NCBI GenBank assembly: GCA_002310055.1
Contig: DBXS01000010.1
Coordinates: 2,598 to 66,597, forward strand
DNA: 64,000 nt
Source: Clostridiales bacterium UBA1206
GTDB taxonomy: Bacteria > Bacillota > Clostridia > Oscillospirales > CAG-382
Reading direction: 5' to 3'
Shown: one piece after another, positions 35,495 through 44,367 of the stretch
Layout of the letters: each line of letters starts with the position of its first letter
Numbering within the stretch: position 1 is the first letter of the stretch
Translations under genes and position numbers: made by a program
The notes under the pieces: generated by a model
What the model saw: the letters and a program-made list of their open reading frames with translations, nothing else
Told to the model about the DNA's origin: nothing
Database searches by the model: none

Positions 35495-36187
35495 ATGAAA
35501 AGAGGTAAAAATTACAACAGCGCCGCAGCCGCAGTGGAAAAACTCAAGGTTTACGATTCCGCAGAAGCGCTCGCGCTCGCATGCAGCATTTCCAAAGCAA
35601 AATTCGACGAAACCGTTGAAGTTCACGTTCGCCTGGGCGTCGACTCGCGTCACGCAGACCAGCAGGTCAGAGGCGCCGTGGTGCTTCCCAACGGCACCGG
35701 CAAGACCGTAAGAACTCTCGTCTTCGCCAAAGGCGATAAAGCCAAGGCAGCCGAAGAAGCCGGTTCCGATTTCGTCGGCGCCGAAGATCTCGTCCAGAAG
35801 ATCCAGAAAGAAAACTGGTTCGATTACGACGTGGTCATCGCCACTCCCGATATGATGGGCGTCATCGGCCGTCTGGGCCGTGTGCTCGGTCCCAAAGGCC
35901 TTATGCCTAACCCCAAGGCCGGCACCGTCACCATGGATATCGAAAAAGCGGTCAAAGAAGCCAAAGCCGGTAAGATAGAATACCGTCTTGACAAGACCAA
36001 CATCATCCACTGCCCCATAGGCAAAGTTTCGTTCGGAGCCGAAAAACTGCAGGAAAACTTCGTCACCCTGCTCGGCGCCATCATCAAAGCCAAGCCCGCC
36101 GCAGCTAAAGGTCAGTATATCAAATCCTGCACCGTAGCTTCCACCATGGGCCCCGGCATAAAGATCAACACCGCTAAGATCATCTGA
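35495..36187 (+). CDS. rplA: 50S ribosomal protein L1
   Basis: [14 protein letters not shown]...[19 protein letters not shown], canonical L1. Confidence 0.97.
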   Translation: MKRGKNYNSAAAAVEKLKVYDSAEALALACSISKAKFDETVEVHVRLGVDSRHADQQVRGAVVLPNGTGKTVRTLVFAKGDKAKAAEEAGSDFVGAEDLVQKIQKENWFDYDVVIATPDMMGVIGRLGRVLGPKGLMPNPKAGTVTMDIEKAVKEAKAGKIEYRLDKTNIIHCPIGKVSFGAEKLQENFVTLLGAIIKAKPAAAKGQYIKSCTVASTMGPGIKINTAKII

Positions 36188-36216
36188 TTTTAAGTTTGAT
36201 TTTTATAAAAAAAGTC

Positions 36217-36245
36217 TTGACAACCCGCAAATAATATGTTATATT
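36217..36245 (+). promoter_or_regulatory. sigma-A promoter (TTGACA-N17-TATATT) for rplJ-rplL
   Basis: TTGACA at 36217-36222 and TATATT at 36240-36245. Confidence 0.6.
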
Positions 36246-36251
36246 ATTCGG

Positions 36252-36420
36252 GCTGAATAAAAAGTTCGCAGACAGCAGGTACGTTCGTTCAAAGGCAAAA
36301 GCCGCCGGCCGAGAACAGTTTTAAGCTTTTTCACAAGGTTTTAAAATGCTCTCACGGCGCTGTCGCCCGCGGGAGCATTTCCTGTTGTATGCCCCAAAAT
36401 TTACCCGGAGGTGAAACCAT
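36252..36420 (+). promoter_or_regulatory. putative ribosomal protein L10 leader (autoregulatory 5' UTR)
   Basis: An untranslated leader of about 170 nt lies between the promoter and rplJ. It contains a long imperfect hairpin (GCTCTCACGGCGC...GCCCGCGGGAGC) followed by a T-rich tract. Firmicute rplJ operons are known to carry an L10(L12)4-binding leader. The family assignment was not verified. Confidence 0.45.
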
Positions 36421-36954
36421 TTGGCAAACGCACAGATCCTTGAACAAAAGAAGCAGATCGTCGCCGATCTTGTCGAAAAGATCAAAAATTCGGCAGCAGG
36501 CGTTATTGTGGATTACAAGGGTATCACCGTTGAAGACGACACTAAGCTCCGCGCTGATTTGAGAAAAGCCAACGTCGAGTATATGGTCGTCAAAAACACC
36601 CTCACGTCCAAAGCGTGCGACATCATAGGGTTCGAGAACATCAAAAAAGTGCTCGAGGGAATGACCGCTATAGCGATTTCCGAAAAAGACCCCGTCGCCG
36701 CCGCAAAGATCATTGACGAATATGCGTCCAAGCACGACAACTACCAGATCAAAGCCGGCTTTTGCGAAGGCAAAGAGCTCAACGTCGACGAAGTAAAAGA
36801 ACTCGCCAAGACGCCCAGCTTCGAAGCACTCATCGCCAAAATGCTCGGTTCTCTGCAGTCTTCGCTCTACAACCTCGCTTACGTTCTGCAGGCGATCGTT
36901 GACAAAGACGGCAGCGCCGCTCCCGCAGAAGAAGCGGCTCCCGCAGCCGAATGA
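36421..36954 (+). CDS. rplJ: 50S ribosomal protein L10 (TTG start)
   Basis: GGAGGTG lies 7 nt before TTG 36421. Typical L10 N-terminus (KKQIVADLVEKIKNS...VDYKGITV). Confidence 0.95.
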   Translation: MANAQILEQKKQIVADLVEKIKNSAAGVIVDYKGITVEDDTKLRADLRKANVEYMVVKNTLTSKACDIIGFENIKKVLEGMTAIAISEKDPVAAAKIIDEYASKHDNYQIKAGFCEGKELNVDEVKELAKTPSFEALIAKMLGSLQSSLYNLAYVLQAIVDKDGSAAPAEEAAPAAE

Positions 36955-36996
36955 TCGGCAAAATCATTTATTTAAAATAACGGAGGAATTATTATC

Positions 36997-37377
36997 ATGG
37001 CTAATGAAAAAACCACTCAGATCCTTGAACTCGTAAAATCTATGACCATTCTCGAAGTTGCCGATCTCGTTAAGGCGCTCGAAGAAGAATTCGGCGTTTC
37101 CGCAGCCCCCGTGGCAGTCGCAGCAGGCCCCGCAGCCGCAGCCGCTCCCGCCGCTGAAGAAAAGACCGAATTTGACGTTGAACTCACCGGCTTCGACGCC
37201 GCTGCCAAGCTCAAAGTCATCAAAGCCGTCAAAGACATCACCGGCCTTTCGCTCGGCGAAGCCAAAGATCTTGTTACCGCTGCTCCCAAAGCCGTTAAGA
37301 CCGGCGTTTCCAAGGAAGAAGCCGAAGATCTTAAGAAACAGCTCGAAGAAGTCGGCGCTCAGATCACCATTAAGTAA
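36997..37377 (+). CDS. rplL: 50S ribosomal protein L7/L12
   Basis: [26 protein letters not shown], an Ala/Pro hinge, and the C-terminal [21 protein letters not shown]. Confidence 0.97.
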   Translation: MANEKTTQILELVKSMTILEVADLVKALEEEFGVSAAPVAVAAGPAAAAAPAAEEKTEFDVELTGFDAAAKLKVIKAVKDITGLSLGEAKDLVTAAPKAVKTGVSKEEAEDLKKQLEEVGAQITIK

Positions 37378-37398
37378 TATCTTAAAGGTAAAAAACAA

Positions 37399-37440
37399 AG
37401 GCATAATACGGGCGACCGCATTATGCCTTGTATTTTATTA
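37399..37440 (+). terminator. rho-independent terminator after rplL
   Basis: AAGGCATAAT-loop-ATTATGCCTT followed by GTATTTTATT. Confidence 0.75.
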
Positions 37441-37458
37441 AAGCAGAGGTCAAAAGGT

Positions 37459-38391
37459 ATGAAAAAGATTCTTTGCATAATACTTGCGCTCGCCGTCGCA
37501 GCGTGCGCGCTGTGCGCGTGCGCAAAAGAAGGATCGAAAAAAGAAGACGTACGCAAATCGATGTATTCCGAGCTCGAAGCGTTTTACAAAAACAAACGGC
37601 CCGCCGACCTTAACGAGTTATCTTCTCTTTTTGCGTCCGGAGCGGACCTTGGGGAGTTTGACTGCTCGGCGCTGTTTGGAGAAAACGTTTCGGACCCCGA
37701 TTACGTCGCCGCGTACTGCCTACTTAAAAAAGCGGGTCATCCGACGGCGCAGAGCGCAGACGCCGGGACGCGCGTAACGCGTTTGCAAAGCGCGAATATC
37801 GAAATGCTTTCCACGCGCGAGCTTTACGAGACCGTGCTGGCGCTCACGCTTTACGGCGCGGAGTTCGACAAAGGCGCCGTCGCGCAGAGTCTGATCTTGC
37901 GTCAGGACGAGATATCCGGCGGCTCGTACGACTACCCGCAGACCGGCGGAGGCAGCGCGCGTGTGAGCGCCGAAAACGCCGCATATTCCCTGCTTTGCTA
38001 TATGCTCGTACGCGATTCGGTGCGCACGACCTTGCTTGAAGACGCCCTGCACGATTCCGCGCTGGTTTACTTAGGCAACTGCATAGACGAAAACAATACG
38101 GTGCGCGGCGTTGACGGAAAAGCGAACAGCGCCGTCACGGCTAAAGTGCTCGTAGCCCTTATGGTCTGCGGCGTGCCGCAGAACGGCGAGATAGCCTCCG
38201 CGCTGCTTAACGCGATACACAACTTTGCCGTCTTTAAAAACGGCGCGCTCATCGGCTACCGCGAGACCGAAGACGATGATGCAAAAAGAAGTACCGCCGC
38301 GGAGATAATGTTCTGCGTGACCTGCGCGTTATACGGAAACCCGTATTTCGGCGCAACGCTTTCCCCCGCGGGCGGTACTCAGAATAACTGA
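37459..38391 (+). CDS. lipoprotein with possible prenyltransferase/terpene-cyclase-like (alpha-alpha toroid) repeats
   Basis: ORF trimmed to ATG 37459 (MKKILCIILALAVAACALCA|C lipobox). The Q-D-E-I-S-G-G-S-Y segment resembles the QxxDGG repeat. The fold assignment is tentative. Confidence 0.6.
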   Translation: MKKILCIILALAVAACALCACAKEGSKKEDVRKSMYSELEAFYKNKRPADLNELSSLFASGADLGEFDCSALFGENVSDPDYVAAYCLLKKAGHPTAQSADAGTRVTRLQSANIEMLSTRELYETVLALTLYGAEFDKGAVAQSLILRQDEISGGSYDYPQTGGGSARVSAENAAYSLLCYMLVRDSVRTTLLEDALHDSALVYLGNCIDENNTVRGVDGKANSAVTAKVLVALMVCGVPQNGEIASALLNAIHNFAVFKNGALIGYRETEDDDAKRSTAAEIMFCVTCALYGNPYFGATLSPAGGTQNN

Positions 38392-38394
38392 ATA

Positions 38395-39465
38395 TCAGTC
38401 GATATTTACGAGTTTGCCCGTTTGTGCGGATTCGTAAATGGCGTCGATCATTTTCATCAGCGTCACTCCGTCCTCTGCGGGAGCGCGGCATTCTTCCTTG
38501 CCCTGCGCGCAGTCGACGAAGTGGCGTATTTCGTTTTCAAAGAGCCCGTTGAACGCCAGCGCGGTATTCCCGCTCGGGCGCACATCCACGAGCATACCGT
38601 TCATATCGGTATAGAATTCTATCTGCGGATCGATCCTCGCGCCAGACTTGGTGCCGAACAGCTCGATATTGCCGATATCCTGTTTGATATTGAGGTTGAA
38701 CGAGGCTTCGACGCTGAGCGTGAGACCGTTGTCGAACTTTATTATCGCGCCCACAAAGTCTTCTACGTCGTATTTGAATTCCTTTACGGCGCTGGAAGTG
38801 GAAGCCATCCAGGTCTGACCGCCGTGCGCGCGGTCGAAGCCCAGATTATCGTATGTGAAGCCATACGCCGAAACGGGCTTTGGATTGTGGCACAGGTAGC
38901 GCACAAGATCCATAACGTGCACGCCCAGATCAATGAGCGGACCGCCGCCCGAATACGCTTTGTCGCCGAACCATCTGCCCGGGCAGCCGTTGCGGCGCAA
39001 ATAGGTCGCCTTGGCGTAATAGATATCGCCCATCGAGCCGGCGTCGATAAAGGTCTTGAGTATGTCGGCGTCGTTGCCGAAACGGCGCACGAAACCTATT
39101 TGCAAAAGCTTGCCGCTCTTCTTTGCGGCGTCGCACATTTCCTGCGCCTCAAAACGATTCATCGCCATGGGCTTTTCGCAGATGACGTTCACGCCCGCGT
39201 TCAGCGCGGCGACAGTGGGCGCCTTGTGGGCGGCGTTCCAGGTGCAGACCGAAACGGCGTCCAGCTTTTCGTTCGCCAGCATATCTTCGTATTTTTCGTA
39301 CACGCGCGCCCCGGGGACTCCCAGCCGCGTACCGAAACGCTTTGCTTTTTCGACGTCCAGGTCGCACAGCGCGACGACTTCGACATCGGGGTGCGCCTTG
39401 TACCCCGCCATATGGAATTCGGCGATACCGCCGGTGCCTATGATACCTACTTTGAACTTTGCCAT
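38395..39465 (-). CDS. Gfo/Idh/MocA family oxidoreductase
   Basis: ORF trimmed to ATG 39465 (GGGAGG SD sequence). Rossmann motif KVGIIGTGGIA and the EKP motif (ICEKPMA). Confidence 0.85.
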   Translation of the reverse strand: MAKFKVGIIGTGGIAEFHMAGYKAHPDVEVVALCDLDVEKAKRFGTRLGVPGARVYEKYEDMLANEKLDAVSVCTWNAAHKAPTVAALNAGVNVICEKPMAMNRFEAQEMCDAAKKSGKLLQIGFVRRFGNDADILKTFIDAGSMGDIYYAKATYLRRNGCPGRWFGDKAYSGGGPLIDLGVHVMDLVRYLCHNPKPVSAYGFTYDNLGFDRAHGGQTWMASTSSAVKEFKYDVEDFVGAIIKFDNGLTLSVEASFNLNIKQDIGNIELFGTKSGARIDPQIEFYTDMNGMLVDVRPSGNTALAFNGLFENEIRHFVDCAQGKEECRAPAEDGVTLMKMIDAIYESAQTGKLVNID

Positions 39466-39542
39466 AAAAACGCCTCCCGCTTTATTTCTTTGCCATATTA
39501 TAGCACCGCGCGTGCATTTCGTCAAGAATTTTCAAAAATTTG

Positions 39543-39571
39543 TTGCTTTACGCGGCGGGATATAGTATAAT
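39543..39571 (+). promoter_or_regulatory. sigma-A-like promoter (TTGCTT-N17-TATAAT) for the two-component system
   Basis: TTGCTT at 39543-39548 and TATAAT at 39566-39571. Confidence 0.55.
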
Positions 39572-39645
39572 ATACAAAATATATCATTATAGAGCGGTCG
39601 CTTTTCCGTTTTACGGACTCATAATGAATTCCAAAGGAGCATGAC

Positions 39646-40341
39646 ATGACCAGAATACTCGTATGCGACGACGACGCCGACATCGTTTCGGCGGTAAAAA
39701 TATATCTTTCCGCTGAAGGCTACAACATCATCGGCTGTTCAAACGGCGCCGACGCGATCGAAGCCGTAAAAAACGAGCCGGTCCAGCTTGTGATAATGGA
39801 TATAATGATGCCTAAGATGGACGGGATCACCGCCGTGGCGCAGATACGCGCGTTTTCCAACGTGCCGGTGATATTCCTTTCCGCCAAGGGCGAAGATACC
39901 GACAAGGTGCTGGGCCTTAACATAGGCGCCGACGATTACATCACCAAGCCGTTCAATCCGGTGGAACTGACCGCGCGCGTCAAGGCGCAGCTGAGGAGAT
40001 ATATGAATTTCGGCGGCTCGAGAGGCGCCGAAAGCGAGATACGCATAGACGGCATAGTGCTGAACGATTCTTCAAAAGCGGTGACGGTCGACGGCGAGCC
40101 GATATCGCTCACGCCCACCGAGTTCGATATACTCAAACTGCTGATGCAAAACCCCGGCACGGTGTTTTCTTCCGCGCGCATATATTCCGAAGTCTGGAAA
40201 GACGAGCCCTACGGTTCTGATAACATCATAGCCGTTCACATACGCCACATACGCGAAAAATTAGAGATCAACCCCGCCGAACCCAGATATCTCAAAGTGG
40301 TCTGGGGGCAGGGCTACAAATTTGAAGGAGGAAAGAGCTGA
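39646..40341 (+). CDS. OmpR-family response regulator
   Basis: Receiver domain (DDDADI, phospho-acceptor MDIMMPKMDG, K in ITKPF) plus a winged-helix output domain (LTPTEFDILKLL...YLKVVWGQGYKF). Confidence 0.92.
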   Translation: MTRILVCDDDADIVSAVKIYLSAEGYNIIGCSNGADAIEAVKNEPVQLVIMDIMMPKMDGITAVAQIRAFSNVPVIFLSAKGEDTDKVLGLNIGADDYITKPFNPVELTARVKAQLRRYMNFGGSRGAESEIRIDGIVLNDSSKAVTVDGEPISLTPTEFDILKLLMQNPGTVFSSARIYSEVWKDEPYGSDNIIAVHIRHIREKLEINPAEPRYLKVVWGQGYKFEGGKS

Positions 40342-40342
40342 G

Positions 40343-41923
40343 GTGAAAAGGCTCGCGCGTCTTCCCGGGCTGAAATACACCTTTTACGGTGTTTTCTGTC
40401 TCTTTTTTTCCACGTTCATAGCCGCCGCGACAGGTTTTATATACTGCATAACTCGCGGCCATTTCAATTCCGCCCCGCCGGAAGGCACGGGCTTTGAAAG
40501 CTTTGCCTACGGGATGCGCTACATATTCGGCGTGATCACGGTATCGTGCGGAGTGATCGCTGCGCTGATGCTGATCTTCGTGCTCATAGGCGCGGGCAGA
40601 CGGCGCGGCGACGACGAACTGCATACCCGCAAGATAGACCGCATCCCTTACGAATTCTGCATCGCCATATACGGCGCGCTCATTTACGGCATAGTTTATC
40701 TTTGCATAAAAGTGCTGCGGGATCCGGGGCTGTGGAACCTGTTCGTGATAGTGCCGCTTTTGCTTCTGGGCTCGCTCTTCTTTGAAGAACTTTGCATTTC
40801 CACCGCCATAAGATACAAATCCGACACGCTGTTCAAAAACTCGTTCACCTACCGCGTGTTTGCGCTGCTCAAGCAGATATACGATCACTTTACCCCTTCG
40901 TGGAAGCTGACGGTCGCCGCGGCGGCGTATTTCGGCGCCACGTACTACGTCTTTTCGTATATGAACGCGGTGCTGCTCACGGTATGGGGTCTTCTTTCCA
41001 TCGTTTTGTGCGTGCTCACGGGCGCGAGCGCGGTGTTTCTTGATTCCATAAAGCAGGGCACCAAAGAGCTCGCCGCCGGCAATCTCGAGCATAAGATCGA
41101 CACCGTGGGTATGTTTTCCCGCTTCGCCGAGATCGGCGACGACCTCAATCACATAAGCGAGGGTATGTCCAAAGCCGTTTCCGAAAAGACCCGCAGCGAA
41201 AGATTGCGCACCGAACTCATAACCAACGTTTCGCACGATATAAAGACGCCGCTCACTTCCATTGTGAACTACGTCGACCTGCTCAAGCGCGGGAATCTTT
41301 CGGAATCGCAGCGCGCCGAATATCTTTCGGTGCTGGACAGGCAGTCGCAGAAACTCAAAAAGCTGGTGGTGGACCTTGTCGAAGCTTCCAAAGCCATAAC
41401 CGGCAACATCACGGCGAATCCCGTGCCCACCAACCTTAACGAGCTCGTCAACCAGTCGGTGGCGGAATATGCCGACAGATTTGCCGAAAAGTCGCTCGAA
41501 GCAATAGTCGCCATGCCCGAAAACGCCGTCACCGCGAACGCGGACGGACGGCTGACCTGGCGGATCTTCGATAATCTGCTCGGCAATATCTGCAAGTATT
41601 CGATGCCCGGCACGCGCGTTTACATAGAGCTTGCGCAAAACGAAAACACCGCCTCGGTGGTGTTCAAGAACATTTCCGAAACGGTGCTGAATATTTCGCC
41701 CGACGAACTCGTCGAACGTTTTGTGCGCGGAGACTCTTCGCGCTCCACCGAAGGCAGCGGGCTGGGACTTTCGATAGCCGCGAGCTTAGCCGAGATCCAG
41801 CAGGGCCGGCTCGCGATCGACGTGGACGGCGACCTGTTCAAGGCCTCGCTCTACCTGCCGCTCGCCGCCGAGGATATGAACGAAAGTATATCCGACATGA
41901 CCTCTTCCCTCACGGGTTCGTGA
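40343..41923 (+). CDS. sensor histidine kinase (multi-TM sensor, HisKA + HATPase_c)
   Basis: H-box SHDIKTPLTSI, N-box RIFDNLLGNICKYS, G-box GSGLGLSIA. GTG 40343 after GGAGGAAAGAG is preferred over TTG 40322. The start is uncertain. Confidence 0.85.
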   Translation: MKRLARLPGLKYTFYGVFCLFFSTFIAAATGFIYCITRGHFNSAPPEGTGFESFAYGMRYIFGVITVSCGVIAALMLIFVLIGAGRRRGDDELHTRKIDRIPYEFCIAIYGALIYGIVYLCIKVLRDPGLWNLFVIVPLLLLGSLFFEELCISTAIRYKSDTLFKNSFTYRVFALLKQIYDHFTPSWKLTVAAAAYFGATYYVFSYMNAVLLTVWGLLSIVLCVLTGASAVFLDSIKQGTKELAAGNLEHKIDTVGMFSRFAEIGDDLNHISEGMSKAVSEKTRSERLRTELITNVSHDIKTPLTSIVNYVDLLKRGNLSESQRAEYLSVLDRQSQKLKKLVVDLVEASKAITGNITANPVPTNLNELVNQSVAEYADRFAEKSLEAIVAMPENAVTANADGRLTWRIFDNLLGNICKYSMPGTRVYIELAQNENTASVVFKNISETVLNISPDELVERFVRGDSSRSTEGSGLGLSIAASLAEIQQGRLAIDVDGDLFKASLYLPLAAEDMNESISDMTSSLTGS

Positions 41924-42777
41924 AGCAGCTCGTGTCGTCCTTCGTAAAGCTTTAGCGTTACGTTTATACCCGCCTTTTTCATGGCGTTAAAGACCTTGAC
42001 CACGGCTTTACCCATCCCGCCCACGGGGTCCGATCTGCCAGAGACGAGCAGTACCGGCGCGTTTTTGGGGCAGGTAGCGTAGTTTTTGCCGTTCCTGATA
42101 TAATCCATACCGCCCAGCATATCTTTGAAAAGCGAAGGCGACACGGCGTAACCGCAGTCGGGATCCGCCATATAAGCGTCGACTTCGGCGTTATCCGAAG
42201 AGATCCAGTCGAATTCGGTGCGGTTTTCGAACGTCTTGTTATAAGAACCGAAAGCCAGCTTGTTGACGGTTTGATCGGGTTCGTATTTGCTCGCGTGCTT
42301 TCTGCAGGCACGTTTTGCCACGAGCTTTCCCGCTTTTGCAAGCGGAGCGCTGATCTGCCCCGTGCCCGAAAAGATATAACCTTCGGCTTTTATCATATTC
42401 TTCATAAACACAGTGCGCGAAGCAAAACTCCCCATCGAATGCCCGAACAGAAAATACGGCGCGCCGGGATGTCTTTCGTGCTCGAGCTCCGAAAGCTGCG
42501 CGATATCGCGGCATATGAATTCCCAGCCGTCTTTATCGGCGAAAAAGCCGCGTTCTTCTTTGGACGCCGACTTTCCGTGCCCCAGATGGTCGTTGCCGCA
42601 GACGGCGACCCCGCGCGACGTCATATATTCGCAAAGCCCGGTATATCTGCCGAAATGCTCGCTCACGCCGTGAGCGACCTGGATCACGGCTTTTATCTCG
42701 CCTTCCGGAAGGTATTCGCAGGCGTAGATATCGTGTATCCCGTCGACCGAACGGAACGAAAATTCTTTTTTGATCAT
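41851..42777 (-). CDS. alpha/beta hydrolase (lysophospholipase / monoacylglycerol lipase-like)
   Basis: ORF trimmed to ATG 42777. HGVSEH oxyanion region, GHSMGS nucleophile elbow, and a C-terminal GRHELLHE histidine. Confidence 0.8.
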   Translation of the reverse strand: MIKKEFSFRSVDGIHDIYACEYLPEGEIKAVIQVAHGVSEHFGRYTGLCEYMTSRGVAVCGNDHLGHGKSASKEERGFFADKDGWEFICRDIAQLSELEHERHPGAPYFLFGHSMGSFASRTVFMKNMIKAEGYIFSGTGQISAPLAKAGKLVAKRACRKHASKYEPDQTVNKLAFGSYNKTFENRTEFDWISSDNAEVDAYMADPDCGYAVSPSLFKDMLGGMDYIRNGKNYATCPKNAPVLLVSGRSDPVGGMGKAVVKVFNAMKKAGINVTLKLYEGRHELLHEPVREEVMSDILSFISSAASGR

Positions 42778-42849
42778 AAAGATACCCCCTTTTTTATATA
42801 TAGTAAAACAATTATCCGTTATTGTCAACACCCAAACGCGGAGGAAAAT

Positions 42850-44343
42850 ATGGAAAAATACATTTTATCGCTCGACCAGGGCACCACAAGCTCGCGTGCA
42901 ATACTGTTTTCTTCATCCGGCAAGATGATCGCTTCGGCACAGAACGAATTCGCCCAGCATTTCCCTTTCCCCGGCTGGGTGGAACACGATCCCGCCGACA
43001 TACTCGCTTCGCAATTCGACGCAGCGTCGCAAACGGTCGAAAAGGCGGGGATCCGCCCCGAGGCGGTCGGCATAACCAATCAGCGCGAAACCGTCGTAGT
43101 GTGGGAAAAATCCACGGGCAAGCCGGTCTCCAACGCCATAGTGTGGCAATGCCGCCGCACCGCGCCGATCTGTGAAAAACTGCTTGCCGAAGGCGCCGGA
43201 GATATGATAAAAGCGCGCACCGGGCTCGCCGTTGACGCGTATTTTTCCGGCACCAAGATAAAATGGATACTCGACAATATCCCCGGAGCCGCGCGCCGCG
43301 CGCAAAACGGTGAGCTGCTCTGCGGCAACGTTGACACCTGGCTCATATATAATCTCACCGGAGGCAGGATCCACGCCACCGACTACACCAACGCTTCGCG
43401 CACGATGCTGTTCAACATCAACACGCTCGAATGGGACAAAGACATCTGCGCCCTGCTCGGGATCCCTCTGTGCATGCTCCCCGAGGTCCGCGACAGCGCG
43501 GGCGATTTCGGAGTCATAGACGCCGGATACGCCGGAGTTTCGCCGCTGCTCGACGAAGTCCCTATCCGCGGAGTGGCGGGCGATCAGCAGGCGGCGCTTT
43601 TCGGGCAGACCTGCTTTGACATTGGCGACGTTAAAAACACTTACGGCACCGGCTGTTTCACGCTTATGAACGTGGGCGGGGAGCCGGTCAGGGACACGGG
43701 CGGACTTATATCCACCATCGGCTGGAAAATAGGCGACGAAACCGTTTATGCGCTGGAAGGCAGCGTGTTCAACGCCGGCAGCTCCATTAAATGGCTGCGC
43801 GACGACCTGGGCGTGATAAACACCGCGCGCGAATGCGACATACTCGCCGAAAGCGTCCCCGACACGGGCGGCGTACATTTTGTTTCGGCGTTTACGGGGC
43901 TCGGCGCTCCGTACTGGGATATGTACGCGCGCGGAAGTATGACCGGCATCACCCGCGGCACCACCAAAGCGCATCTCTGCCGAGCGGTGCTCGAAGGCAT
44001 AGCGTTCCAGGTTTGCGACCTTGCGGAAGCGATGTGCAAATGCTGCGCGCACCCTATATCCGCGCTGCGCGTGGACGGTGGCGCTTCGGTAAGCGATTTT
44101 ATGATGCAGTTCCAGGCGGATATGCTGGGCGTGACCGTCGACCGGCCCGAGATAGTGGAGACCACCGCGATGGGCGCCGCGTTCCTGGCGGGGCTTGGCT
44201 GCGGTATATGGAAAGACAAAAAAGAACTGTATTTCGCGCGGCAGACCGCGCGGCTGTATAAGCCGTCCGTCACCTCCGCCGAACGCGCTTCGGCGCTGTC
44301 GGCGTGGCACGAAGCTGTCCGGCGCACGGTATCGAATATCTGA
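42850..44343 (+). CDS. glpK: glycerol kinase
   Basis: ORF 42271 trimmed to ATG 42850 (GGAGGAAAAT SD sequence). YILSLDQGTTSSRAILF, GDQQAALFGQ and the FGGY family C-terminus. Confidence 0.95.
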   Translation: MEKYILSLDQGTTSSRAILFSSSGKMIASAQNEFAQHFPFPGWVEHDPADILASQFDAASQTVEKAGIRPEAVGITNQRETVVVWEKSTGKPVSNAIVWQCRRTAPICEKLLAEGAGDMIKARTGLAVDAYFSGTKIKWILDNIPGAARRAQNGELLCGNVDTWLIYNLTGGRIHATDYTNASRTMLFNINTLEWDKDICALLGIPLCMLPEVRDSAGDFGVIDAGYAGVSPLLDEVPIRGVAGDQQAALFGQTCFDIGDVKNTYGTGCFTLMNVGGEPVRDTGGLISTIGWKIGDETVYALEGSVFNAGSSIKWLRDDLGVINTARECDILAESVPDTGGVHFVSAFTGLGAPYWDMYARGSMTGITRGTTKAHLCRAVLEGIAFQVCDLAEAMCKCCAHPISALRVDGGASVSDFMMQFQADMLGVTVDRPEIVETTAMGAAFLAGLGCGIWKDKKELYFARQTARLYKPSVTSAERASALSAWHEAVRRTVSNI

Positions 44344-44367
44344 CATTCAAAATAAAAAGGCGCGTCT

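Noticed and set aside
40322-40342. An alternative TTG start for the histidine kinase, overlapping the response-regulator 3' end.
   Set aside because: GTG 40343 is better placed relative to GGAGGAAAGAG and sits just after the regulator stop codon. The start remains uncertain either way.
42271-42849. A 193-codon N-terminal extension of the glpK ORF, plus similar upstream extensions of ORF calls at 21273..21350, 23904..24023, 24239..24292, 33112..33348, 39466..39525, 46814..46834, 54203..54430 and 61470..61718.
   Set aside because: The extensions overlap neighbouring genes or run through intergenic promoters. Internal ATG/GTG codons with good SD sequences give N-termini that match the expected family starts (for example MEKYILSLDQGTTSSR for GlpK).
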